This document shows positions 1-10,550 of a DNA stretch of 64,000 nt, piece by piece (the stretch's first letter is position 1; each line of letters opens with the position of its first letter). The DNA lies in NCBI RefSeq assembly GCF_964188315.1, contig NC_135670.1, positions 26,164,001 through 26,228,000 on the forward strand, given 5' to 3'. The notes beneath the pieces are model-generated. The model ran no database searches, was not told the origin of the DNA, and worked only from the letters and a program-made list of their open reading frames with translations. A program made the translations under genes and the position numbers. The stretch is from Podarcis muralis. Taxonomy: Eukaryota.

Positions 1-114
1 TAGCAGCCTTTGAGCCCCTCCTCCAAAGTCCATTTTATCCTGCGTCACAATGACTTGTGCTCATGATGGCATTGAGGTGATAAAAGACCTGTCTGCTTTC
101 AATGCTGTCTGGAC

Positions 115-370
115 CAGGTGTCAGCAAACTTTTTCAACAGGGGGCCACTGTCCCTCAGGCCTTGTCTTGTCTGGGGGCCTGACTATATTTTTTTTGGGGG
201 GGGGGAATGAACGAATTCCTATGCCCCACAAATAACCCAGAGATGCATTTTAAATAAAAGGACACATTCTACTCATGTAAAAACATACTGATTCCCGGAC
301 TGTCTGCGGGCTGGATTTAGAAGGCAATTGGGCCGGATCCAGCCCCCTGGCCTTAGTTTGCCTACTCATG
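115..370. mobile_element. hAT-type MITE
   Basis: Imperfect TIRs (CAGGTGTCAGCAAAC ... GTTTGCCTACTCATG) with a perfect 8-bp TSD GTCTGGAC at 107-114 and 371-378. Confidence 0.8.
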
Positions 371-808
371 GTCTGGACTCTGGACCTTTGAAAGTTTACC
401 TGCATACATAATTCTTTGTTTTGAACTGGGCATGTCCTGTCGCTTCCTAAAAATATAAGAAGAGCCTGCTAGATCAGACAGAAGGCCTACCTGGTCCAAA
501 ATCCTCTTCTCACATTCAAAAGGCATCCCCTCCCCCAATTATTATGGGCATAGTAGTTTGTTAAGGCTTTTTAGAACTGTAACTCTGTGAGGGGAAAACT
601 ACAGTGCCCAGAATACTTTGAGGGGGAGCGGGAGGAATTTCCTTAGCATGTGCTTTCAAGGTGCAGTAAAATGTAAAAAATATGACAGATCTACACAATT
701 TTAACATACGTTTATTTATTTAAAATGTACCTCACTATCCAGTAAAAAAAAACCAAGTCTCTCGAAGTGGCATTAGAGTCAATAGGTGAGATCCAATTAT
801 ATTCACAG

Positions 809-1173
809 TAGGGCTGGGTGATATATCCTTCAAAACCGTTTTGAAGTCCACATCATGATATTGGTTTCATAGTTTTTGACCTGGCGAATCATGATGTGTT
901 AGGACTTGGTGACAGATCTCCCAAAGCCAGTTTCAAATCCATATCATGATATCGGTTTCATAGTTTATGACCTGGCAATATACTGTATTGTGAAACTGTG
1001 TACGTGTGCATGCGCGCTATGAAAAAAAAACCACAATATGGGAAAAACTGTGAAGCCAACCAATGGCTCTACATAGCTCCATCCTCCTTTCAGACATGGT
1101 GATATATAAGTACATTGCGATGTTTAGCTGGTGATATATCGCGATGTTGAAAATCAGAAATCACCCAGCCCTA
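809..1173. mobile_element. Non-autonomous DNA transposon (TIR TAGGGCTGGGTGAT)
   Basis: TAGGGCTGGGTGAT ... ATCACCCAGCCCTA terminal inverted repeat; a partial second copy in opposite orientation lies at about 16070-16310. Confidence 0.65.
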
Positions 1174-1777
1174 ACGTGCCCTTGAATTCCGATCATGCCT
1201 CATGCTTGTCTGGGTGGAGGAGAGAGTGAGGTGTGTAGAAACAAACCTGCTGTACAAGGGTAAAGTTTGCACTCATTGTTCCACCCACTTTTTATTCTGC
1301 CTCTGGCCTTGCCCACTTTTGGCATGTGGCCCTCGTAAGGTTGCTCAGAAGGGAATGTGGCCCTCCGCTTGAAAAAGTTCCTCACTCCTGCATCCGATGC
1401 ATCAAGCAGGCTGTTTTAAAGTAGTGCAACAGGTCAGTTTGGCCACTAAGTGGCACTCTTCTTTCCGATACCAACAATGTGCACATCCTATCCACATTTT
1501 TCTTCGGTCTTCTTGCTTTTCCGTCCTGGATAAAAGAATCAGAAAGCCAGCAGTCGAGGACAGAAACCCCCAGCCCTGTGTTTCTCGGATTTGTTCACTG
1601 CTTCTAAACTTCTCTAGCCCCAACTCAGCACCTACGCTGAAGCAGTTGCATGTGTTCGCTTGGCTGCATACACCTTGTACATTTAAAGCATCTTTTGCAC
1701 TACAGCTCCCATCAGGCCTTGCCAGCACAGCCGTGCAATGCTGGGGTTAATGGAAGCACAGCCATGCTGGATGGGGC

Positions 1778-1818
<41 letters not shown>

Positions 1819-2530
1819 TTTATTTATACCCCGCCCTCCCCAGCCAAGGCCGGGCTCAGGGCGGCTAACAAGCAATAATAAAAACAAGTTGAATGAATAC
1901 AACTTAAAAACAAAATTAAAATACAACATTTAAATATCGAAACATTAAAATATTAAAATGTAGCCTCATCGCAGGAGGAGAAAGGAAAAGAAAAAAGAAA
2001 GAGGGGGAGGGAATCAAATTGGCTCCAAGCCAAAGGCCAGGCGGAACAACTCTGTCTTACAGGCCCTGCAGAAAGAAATCAGATCCTGCAGGGCCCTGGT
2101 CTCATGAGGCAGAGCGTTGCACCAGGCTGCAGCCAGAGTTGAAAAGGCCCTGGCTCTGGTTGAAGCTAATCTAACTTCCTTAGGGCCCGGGACCACTAGG
2201 GTGTTGCTATTTATGGACCTTGAGGCTCTCCATGGGGCATACCGGGAGAGGCGGTCCCGTAGGTACGAGGGTCCTAGGCCGTGAAGGACTTTAAAGGTCA
2301 AAACCAGCACCTTAAATCTGACCCTGTACTCCACCGGGAGCCAGTGCAGCTGGAAAAGCACTGGGTGAATATGCTCCCATGGCAGAGACCCCATGAGGAG
2401 CCTCGCTGCAGCATTCTGCACCTGCTGGAGTTTCTTGGACAGCTTCAAGGGCAGCCCTGCGTAGAGCGAATTACAGTAGTCAAGCCTGGAGGTGACCGTC
2501 GCATGGATCACTGTGGCCAGGTCGGGGCAG
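1778..2530 (-). mobile_element. L2-clade LINE 3' fragment with (ATT)n tail
   Basis: ORF 2014-2595 translates to the L2 ORF2 C-terminus (SRLDYCNSLYAGLP..LHWLPVEYRVRFKVLVLTFK..RAFS); (AAT)n tail at 1778-1815 on +. Confidence 0.85.
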
Positions 2531-3060
2531 GAAAGGTAAGGGATGGAAAGGTAAGATGATGGGAGATGTAGTCCAAAAAACATGGGTGCGGGCATGCATC
2601 AGGTTGGTGAAGACTGATCTGTTGTAAGTCGCCATCATAGAAAGTTATAGTTAGAAGAGACTCAAAAGGTAATTTGGTCCAGCTCCCTGCAGGAATCATA
2701 ACTAAAGAATCCCTGACAGATGGCTATCAATATAGATTGCCTTGAGGACCACACGACCACAAACCTTTTAAACCATAAGCCAAGCCCTGGACATGGCAAG
2801 TTTCCCTGCGGAAAGCTGCTTTCCGGACAGGTTGTATAAGTTACTTGTCAGCTGCTGAGGACAGGTAGGCGTAGAAACTTTGGGTGGAGCTACCAGCCCT
2901 GTCACCAAGGGAGACGCCTGGCTTGGTTCTATAATGGGATAATCACAGGCCAGGAAGTAAAGGGGCAGGATGAGGTCTGTCAAGATCTCTTTCATTTTGT
3001 GTACCTGAGCTGCCAAATAGGAGTATGTAATACACAGATTGTCTATTAAAGCACCAGGGA

Positions 3061-3310
3061 AAGGGTTTTCAGCCAGTGTGCCGTGGCACCCTGGGGTGCC
3101 TTGAATGATGGTCAGGGGAGCCACGGGCAACACTGGCCTCAGTCCCTCTTTCCTTCCCTCCCTCCCTCCTCTGATGTCCTCTTGCGTCTCTGCCTCCCAA
3201 AGGCTTGTGCGGCTGTTTGTGCAATAGCCCTGGCTACAGGTTCTCCGGGCAAATGGTGCCTTTGGGGCTGGCCAGAGAGTGCTGGTTGCCAGGAGCTCAG
3301 GTGGCCTTGG

Positions 3311-3353
<43 letters not shown>

Positions 3354-3692
3354 GGGTGAGGGATCCCAGCCAGTCCACCAGCCCTTGCTGCTGGGAATGG
3401 ACAGACAAGTCCCAGGCCCCTGTGGGGCAGTGGGAGAAAGCACCTCTCTTTGTGGTTGGGGGCACAGCTAAGAAACCAGGGGCAGCAGCAGCAGCTGCCC
3501 AGAGGACTCCCATGGAGACGGGAGAGGAGGAAGAGGCAACACCCCACAAGGGAGGGTATTCGAAAAAGGGTGAGAGGCTGCCAACTCTGCAAGTGAGGGG
3601 TGACATTACTGGGCTCCTGAGCCCCACAGGGGTGCCACAGAAAGAATGTAGTTGGGCAAGGGAGCCATGGACTCAAAAACGCTGAAAACTAG
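3061..3692. mobile_element. Probable hAT-type non-autonomous element with internal (GCAA)n
   Basis: Short inverted ends GTTTTCAGC / GCTGAAAAC, subterminal GTGCCGTGGCACCCTGGGGTGCC, and (GCAA)n at about 3312-3352. Confidence 0.4.
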
Positions 3693-4323
3693 GGTATTCA
3701 AGGGCAGGCCACCTCCCTCAATATCAACCATCTTGGGCCTTATGATCAGCAGGGGAGGCCCTGTCGGTGGTGCCACAACATGGAACCATCCAGTTGGTGC
3801 TGATAAACTACAGGGTCTTCTCAGTGGTGGCTCCCTGTTTGTGGAACACCTTCCCAGTAGGAGAGGTGCATCTGTCTCCCACCTTAATAACATTCAGGAA
3901 GATTAAAAAAAAAAACAACCCATGTTCACCCAGGCCTTTGAAGGCTGACAGATACTGCTACTGGCAACCAGGGCTTTTTTTCCAGCCAGAACTGAGTTCC
4001 AGCACCTCTTAGGTGGGCACCATTGTCATTCTAAGAGAACAAGGGTGGCATTCATGGTGAGTTCTGGCAGTAGCACCTCCTTTTCTAGAAAAATAGCACT
4101 GTTGGCAGCCATTAAATTATTTACTGTGATGATACTGAATTGCTTTGAAATGTTTTCAGATGTTCCCAAATATTTTTAAAAAGCTCTGCTGTTTTCCTGC
4201 TTTATTTCCCAACCTGGGCTCTTTTGCAAAAGAAAGGTGGAAGTGTTACTAGGCTAAGTTCAAAGTGTTACTATAATAATTATAATAAATAAACAATAAG
4301 ATTATGGTAAGATTATCAATCAA

Positions 4324-4677
4324 GGGATGCAGGTGGCGCTGTGGGTTAAACCACAGGCCTAGGACTTGCCGATCAGAAGGTCGGCGGTTCGAATCCCCGC
4401 AACAGGGTGAGCTCCCGTTGCTCGGTCCCTGCTCCTGCCAACCTAGCAGTTCAAAAGCACGTCAAAGTGCAAGTAGATAAATAGGTACCGCTCCGGTGGG
4501 AAGGTAAGCGGCGTTTCCGTGTGCTGCTCTGGTTCGCCAGAAGCGGCTTAGTCATGCTGGCCACATGACCCGGAAGCTGTACGCTGGCTCCCTCAGCCAA
4601 TAAAGCGAGATGAGCGCCGCAACCCCAGAGTTGGTCACGACTGGACCTAATGGTCAGGGGTCCCTTTACCTTTACCT
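4324..4677 (+). mobile_element. Sauria-type SINE, full length
   Basis: tRNA-like head with GGTTCGAATCC B box and 3' tail GGTCCCTTTACCTTTACCT; related copies at 28551, 46558 and 49601. Confidence 0.85.
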
Positions 4678-4879
4678 AAGATTATCAATAAGAATAATTA
4701 GCAACAATACAGTAATTTACCATTTCTTAAAAGTTAAAATAATAGACTAAAAATAGATTAAAACTCTAATCACCTTTCTAAACATCTGGATAGACTTGTC
4801 TAAACCAAATGTTGTAAGCAGGTGCCAGAGAGTACTGTGAAGGTGCCTGCCTGATAATAGAATTAAAAAATAATAATAA

Positions 4880-5210
4880 TGGTAGAGTTGGAAGGGATCC
4901 TGAGGGTCATCTAGTCCCCCCTTGCAACACTGGAATCTCAACCAGATCATACATGACAGATGGCCATCCAACCTCTGTTTGAAAACCTCCAACAAAGAAG
5001 AGTTTTACCACCTCTTGTGGGAGTCTGTTCCATTGTCAAATAGCACTTGTTGTCAGAAAATTCATCCTGATGTTAAGTTGGAATCTCCTTTCTTGTAACT
5101 TTGAATCCATTGGTTTGGATCCTAGCGTCTGAAGTAGGAGAAAACAGGCTTGATCCATTCTCCATGTGAAAACCTTTAGATATTTGAATATAGGGCTATC
5201 ACATCTCCTC
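4880..5210 (-). mobile_element. CR1 LINE 3' fragment
   Basis: Reverse complement of a typical CR1 3' end (AGAGTTGGAAGGGATCC..GGTCATCTAGTCC..GATGGCCATCCAACCTCTG). Confidence 0.65.
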
Positions 5211-6518
5211 ACTGTAGCTGCAATATATACTTGTCTTTTATCTTATTTTTTAAAACATGGGTGGAAATATGTAATTGCAGAAGTGCCCTGGGAATTGCAT
5301 TACTCAGGTTTGTTTTTCATTGGAAGTCATTTTGGTTCTCCTATAAAGACAGACCTACTGAATTTGCACTTTCTGAAACAATACACAGACTGAAATGCAG
5401 AACCCTCCTTCAAAATGTGCACTTTCCCAAATTTTGTAGTGCAGTTCTCTAGCCAACGAATGTGAAAAAAAATTGTGTTGGCTGGGATACAGTGTGCATA
5501 AACATGCATACATTAGGAGAAAATAACATAGGGACATATAACGTATTATGGAAAATTGCATAGAAATTTGTATATTGTTTTAATTTATTAGTACAATTAC
5601 TTTTAAACTATCATCTTTTTAGCTTTTTGTATTTCATCTGTGTTGTTTTAATTTGTGTAAGTCCCCTTGAGTAGGAGTCTGGGGGAAAGGCTGTATATAA
5701 ACAGCAACAAGAAGAATAAAAAATGTGCAAATTAGGAGAACTTTGCACTAAAATTCTGATGAATTTTCACGAGGACTTTAAAAACAACAACACAAACTGA
5801 TATGGAAATATGAAGAACTGAATTTACACTTTGAAATATGAACAAGTGAGGGAAACCCAGATTGACAGATCCACCCATCCCTGGTGGCAGCAGAGCGTGG
5901 GACAGATAGGTTGTCATCCTCAAGTCAAATCTATCATGAACAGCACGGCCATGCCCTTCCGCAGCTTATTTTCATTGCAACAGGGCTTCTTCCAGAAGAC
6001 AACCTCCTGATGGACCCAATGAGTTAGGAGCTGAGGGAGAGAACCATTTGAGGAGGACAGGACCATCTACATCTCAGAATGTGCTGGGCCAGCCCTTTCT
6101 ATACTTTCCAGCCACATCCCAAAGATACATAGGAAGCTACCTTATACCGAGTCAGACCATTGGTCCATCTCACCCAGTACTGTCTACACTGACTGGCAAC
6201 AGCTCTCCGGGGTTTCAGGCAAGATTATTTCCCAACTCTACTTGGAGATGCCAGGGACTGCTTCTGCTTCTGAGCAGATGTTCTGCTACTGAGCTTGGTA
6301 TCGTTCTATTACTGTATGTACCTTTCTAGGAGATGCCATTAAACTTCTTCCCATGCCCAGATCCTGCTCCTCTCCACCACCACCTGGTCCCTTCTTTTTC
6401 TTCAAGGGTATCTCCTGTGCTGCCTCATCTCCTTTTCCTCCACTCTTCTTCCCCCTCTTATTTTTCCTCTCCCTCTCCCTCCCTTCCCGGGCACTTTGTG
6501 AACTGCTGTTGCAATGCC

Positions 6519-6600
6519 GAAGTCCAAAGTTCAGTAACTTGCCTAAGCACACAGATAAATATGAACCTTGGAGAATTTGCATTGCTCCAATGTAAACAGA
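6519..6600 (+). promoter_or_regulatory. HNF1A: HNF1A proximal promoter: HNF4 DR1 site, GATAAATA box, FOX-type site
   Basis: AGTCCA-A-AGTTCA at 6521-6533, GATAAATA at 6554-6561, TGTAAACA at 6591-6598. The block closely matches the human HNF1A promoter as recalled (AAGTCCAAAGTTCAG..CTAAGCACAC.GATAAATATGAACCTTGGAGAATTT..GCTCCAATGTAAACAGA). Confidence 0.85.
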
Positions 6601-6845
6601 TAGGCGAGGGTCCCTTTATCAGCACTGACTCAGGACAGTTGTGGGGGGTCTGAAGCTGCTTTTTTTTTTCTCTTGGGGAATTTTTTTTGTGGGGGGGGGG
6701 GGGTTTGCAAAGGCCGAACCTGCTGCCATTTCTATTCCGCTCCGACGGGTGGCTTCAGAAACATGGTGTAGCAAACACGGGGATCTGCGCCGAGCACGTC
6801 GGAAAAATCTCGGGCCTTAGGAGAAGCGGCCAGAACTGAAAGACC

Positions 6846-7183
6846 ATGGTTTCCAAACTCACTCATCTTCAGGTGGAGCTGCTGGGGGCTCTCCTGGAAT
6901 CCGGGCTGAGCAAGGAGACACTGATCAAAGCCCTGATGGAATCGGACCCCTACCCACAGCATGGCGACAGCCAGCAGCGGACTGTCAGCACAATCCAAGT
7001 CGAGAAAAGAGAACCCTGCACAGAACTCACGGCTCTTGCCAATGGGATGGGGGAGTCCAGGATGTCCGAAGACGAGACCTCTGATGATGGAGAAGACTTC
7101 ACTCCGCCAATAATGAAGGAGCTGGAAAACCTAAGCCCAGAAGAAGCTGCACACCAGAAAGCCGTGGTGGAAAGACTCTTACA
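6846..7183 (+). CDS. HNF1A: HNF1A exon 1 (dimerization domain)
   Basis: [30 protein letters not shown]...[15 protein letters not shown]; donor CA|GTAAGG at 7184, phase 2. Confidence 0.97.
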
Positions 7184-7201
7184 GTAAGGGCATCTCCTGC
7201 C

Positions 7202-7204
<3 letters not shown>

Positions 7205-7278
<74 letters not shown>
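7205..7278. repeat. Compound microsatellite (TC)n(TG)n
   Basis: About 23 TC units followed directly by about 14 TG units. Confidence 0.95.
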
Positions 7279-7281
<3 letters not shown>

Positions 7282-8253
7282 TCTTTTATCCTCTACCTTC
7301 TCAAATCACCCTAACCCTTACCTTAGTGCTAGCAGCCGATCTAAAGGCATAGAGATTCATGTTGTAGCACAACAACTGGACAAGAACCCAGCTTCCCTGT
7401 CTGAGATCATTCTAAATAAAAAGTATAGTTAAAACCTAAAATTTCAGGCCCATGCCAACAGAGTGCCCCAAAGACCAATTCAGATAAGAAGGTACTTCTT
7501 TAGGTGAGGAATAACTTTGGAACTCACTCAGCAAACATCTCTTTTTTTTATCCTGTCCGCCATTTCAGATGTTGCATGGGAGGTAGAAGAGTTAGCCTTG
7601 TAGAACCCAGAATTGTTTTTTCTAAACCTGAGCAAGCAAGGAACTATCTTCGGGCAGTTGGGGTTGATGAGCGTGGGGGAACTGTCCGCATAATTGTTCC
7701 TACAGCAGAAGTGTTCAAAGATGTGAAATGAAGCGCCATAGAGTTGCCATCATGAGACATGTTCTCCAAACACACAACACTCTTGCCCTCAGTCTCGAAT
7801 AACTCAGATAAGCCATCTTGTTGTTACTGGCAAAACAAGCATGCTCAAAGTATGCGCTGCCAGCCTTGGACAAAGAGAGGATTCCCTAGGAATTCATGCG
7901 AATGTTCCTAGCAGGAAGGTTGTGACCATTCTTTCCCATCTCCCTTACTTTCTTTCCCACTCTTGCTAACCATAATATATCCACAACCTACTTATAGATG
8001 AGCTCCTTTGGGGGGGGGGGGAGTAAAAACGTTCTTTTAAAACTCCAGACTGTTGTTGGATCTAATAATATTTATTAGGGGCTGGGGGAGAATCTCTGTA
8101 CGCAGGGAGGGGATTTACATGAGCTCCTATGGAAGGGCTCCTTGGGGAAAATATGAATGCAAAAACAGCCCCTTCTGTTACTGATAGGGAGAGCTTGTGA
8201 AGACCACAGCTCTGATTTTGGGAGCAAATGGAAGGCGGGTCAGTGGGGAATCT

Positions 8254-8325
8254 GTGGGATAGCTCATTCAGTGGAGCATGAGACTCTTAATCTCATGGTC
8301 ATGGGTTCGAGCTCTACGTTGGACA
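8254..8325 (+). pseudogene. Degenerate tRNA-Lys(CTT)-derived sequence (tRNA pseudogene or SINE head)
   Basis: ATAGCTCA..GAGCATGAGACTCTTAATCTCATGGTCATGGGTTCGAGCTCTACGTTGGAC matches tRNA-Lys-CTT with several stem-breaking changes. Confidence 0.75.
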
Positions 8326-9224
8326 AAAAGATTGACAAAAACTAAGCAAAGACCTTGCAATAGCCACCCCTGTGATGCAGATCCCAATTGAGTCACATTA
8401 ATTAGCTGTACTGCTTTTGCTTCTGAGCCCAGTGTCACAAGCAAAGCAAGAGGATCTTCTTACCTGTGAGTGGAAGGAGAAAGGCCTCAAGACTCCAAAA
8501 GTCCTTTTCTTCCACCATTGTTCCTTCTTGTCTTGTATTTTCTTTCTTTCTCCTATTTTTAACCACATCCACCCCCTCAAATCATCATTCTTTGCTCATT
8601 TCCCCTTTTTGGGGTCGATCTTTAAAACTCCCCGGCTCCTAAATGACCCCTTGCATCACCCCACCTTTCCCCTCCACCTCTCCCAGAGTCTGTGTCGAGA
8701 TCTAGGGTCAGTTTGATTTCCAAAGCCTCAGGACTGAGCTGGTTACTAATTATCCAGTGGCTTTATTATTTCTCTTTTGTCTTATAAATTTATAAACGAA
8801 AAGGCTCAGATAAGCTTTTTGATCATTAACTTTTGATGATTTGTCAGGTGTCTCCTCTCAGAGGAAGCCAAAGGAGTCAGGAGAACACCTGTTCTCCTCT
8901 CCTCTTTTGTGATGGACGTCCGTGAAAAGGTGAAAGAGGAGGAGGATGGTGCTATTAGGATTTGGAAAGGAGCGTTGCGGGTGGGTTCACACTGGGCTCT
9001 CAAGTGATGGCAGGTTTAAAATGCCTCCGATGCTTAGTGGGCTGTAGTAAAGGCAATTCGACTAATTCATGAAAAATGGATTTCAACTATGAGGACACAA
9101 CATTTCATATGGCATATTTGAGCATTCAAAGCACTTCACAGGCATTATCTCAGTAATCCTTCCAGCAACCCTATTAGGTAGGTCAGTACTACTACTATTC
9201 ACATGCATTATCTCCAGCAGAATA

Positions 9225-9475
9225 TAAAAACATAACAAAACGTCAAATGTTAAAAACTTCCCAATATAGGGCTGCCTTCAGATGTCTTCTAAAAGTTGTG
9301 TAGTTCTTAATTTCCTTGACATCTGATGAGAGGGCGTTCCACAGGGAGGGCACTACCGACGAGAAGGCCCTCTGCCTGGTTCCTTGTAACTTCACTTCTT
9401 GCAGTGAAGGAACCACCAGAAGACCCTCGGAGGTAGACCTCAGATCTCAGCTTATTGATGGGGGTGGAGACACTC
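9225..9475 (-). mobile_element. L2 3' fragment
   Basis: GGGCTGCCTTCAGATGTCTTCTAAAAG..GAGAAGGCCCTCTGCCTGGTTCC; same family as the 20.7, 40.4 and 49.1 kb copies. Confidence 0.75.
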
Positions 9476-10249
9476 CTACTAGGTAGGTCAGTAGCATTAC
9501 TATTCTCATATGCAAAGGATCAAGGCTAAGGGAGTGGCTTCTCTAAGGGGCCTCCCATATGTCCTTTTAATTTGGGGTTCATTATTATTGTTATGATGGT
9601 ATTGTGCATGCTATACCCAATTATACCGATCCTGCTTTGAATACAATTTGTGCCTGCAAAGGTTTTAGGGTGGGCATGCTGATTCTTTTCCATTCAGTGG
9701 ATCTCCAGTAATGTCCTGGTAATATCCTGTAACCTTTTATACCACAAATGTTCTGGGCAGGGGAGGAAGGGTGTTGCACTATAGTGCTAAAGTGCCCCTC
9801 TAGAAAGCAATAAAGCAGCAACACAAGGGAAGCAGAGTAGAACAACCAATAAACTGGAATGGTTTAGTGTGGATGGTCCAGTATAAATCCATCACTGGTG
9901 CACTGTTATTACATCAATGCTGTGTTACAGAACACACACACACACACACACACACCAGTCTGGACGGACCCTCTGCCCACTGTTGTGAGATCTGAACCAG
10001 AGATGAACCAGTTCACACTTGTAGCCACTCCACCAGACCACTCCACCAGGTTTAGACAACCAGCTCTTAGTTCTACCTATATCTGCTCGGTGCATTTTAA
10101 TGAGAGGGAGTGTGATGTATTGGTCAGAGCAGCCTCCACAAATTCAGTGCCACCCAGCTGTTTTGGGCTGCAACATATCTACACGGTTGTATTATGCTGG
10201 AGTTGATGGCAGTTATAAAAACAAAACATCTGGAAGGAACCAGGTTAAG

Positions 10250-10550
10250 AACATAAGATGAGCCTGTTGGACCAAGCAAATACCCCATCTAATCCAGCAT
10301 CCTGCCCTCACAGTAGCCAACCAAGTGCTCCTAAGGGAAACCCTCAAAGCAGGACTCAATTGAGCACAAGAGCACAACCACCTTCTGCCATTTCCAGCAA
10401 CTGGTATCCAGAAACATGAGTGTGAAAGCAAAGCTAGTAGCCATCAACAGCCCTCTCCTCTGTGAATTTGTCTAATCCTCTCTTGGTGTCATCCAAGTTG
10501 GTGGCCATCACTGCCTCCTGTGGGACTGAATTCTATAATTTAACTATGTG
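10250..10550 (-). mobile_element. CR1 3' fragment
   Basis: AACATAAGATGAGCCTG..CCAGCATCCTG..GGTGGCCATCACTGCCTCCTGTGGG; similar fragments at about 12095-12320, 17545-17610, 17945-18275, 18960-19125 and 39140-39560. Confidence 0.7.

Noticed and set aside
2768-3685. Overlapping long ORFs on both strands (302, 200 and 162 aa)
   Set aside because: They are GC-rich MITE interior plus (GCAA)n and (GCA)n repeats; there is no recognisable domain or splice structure.
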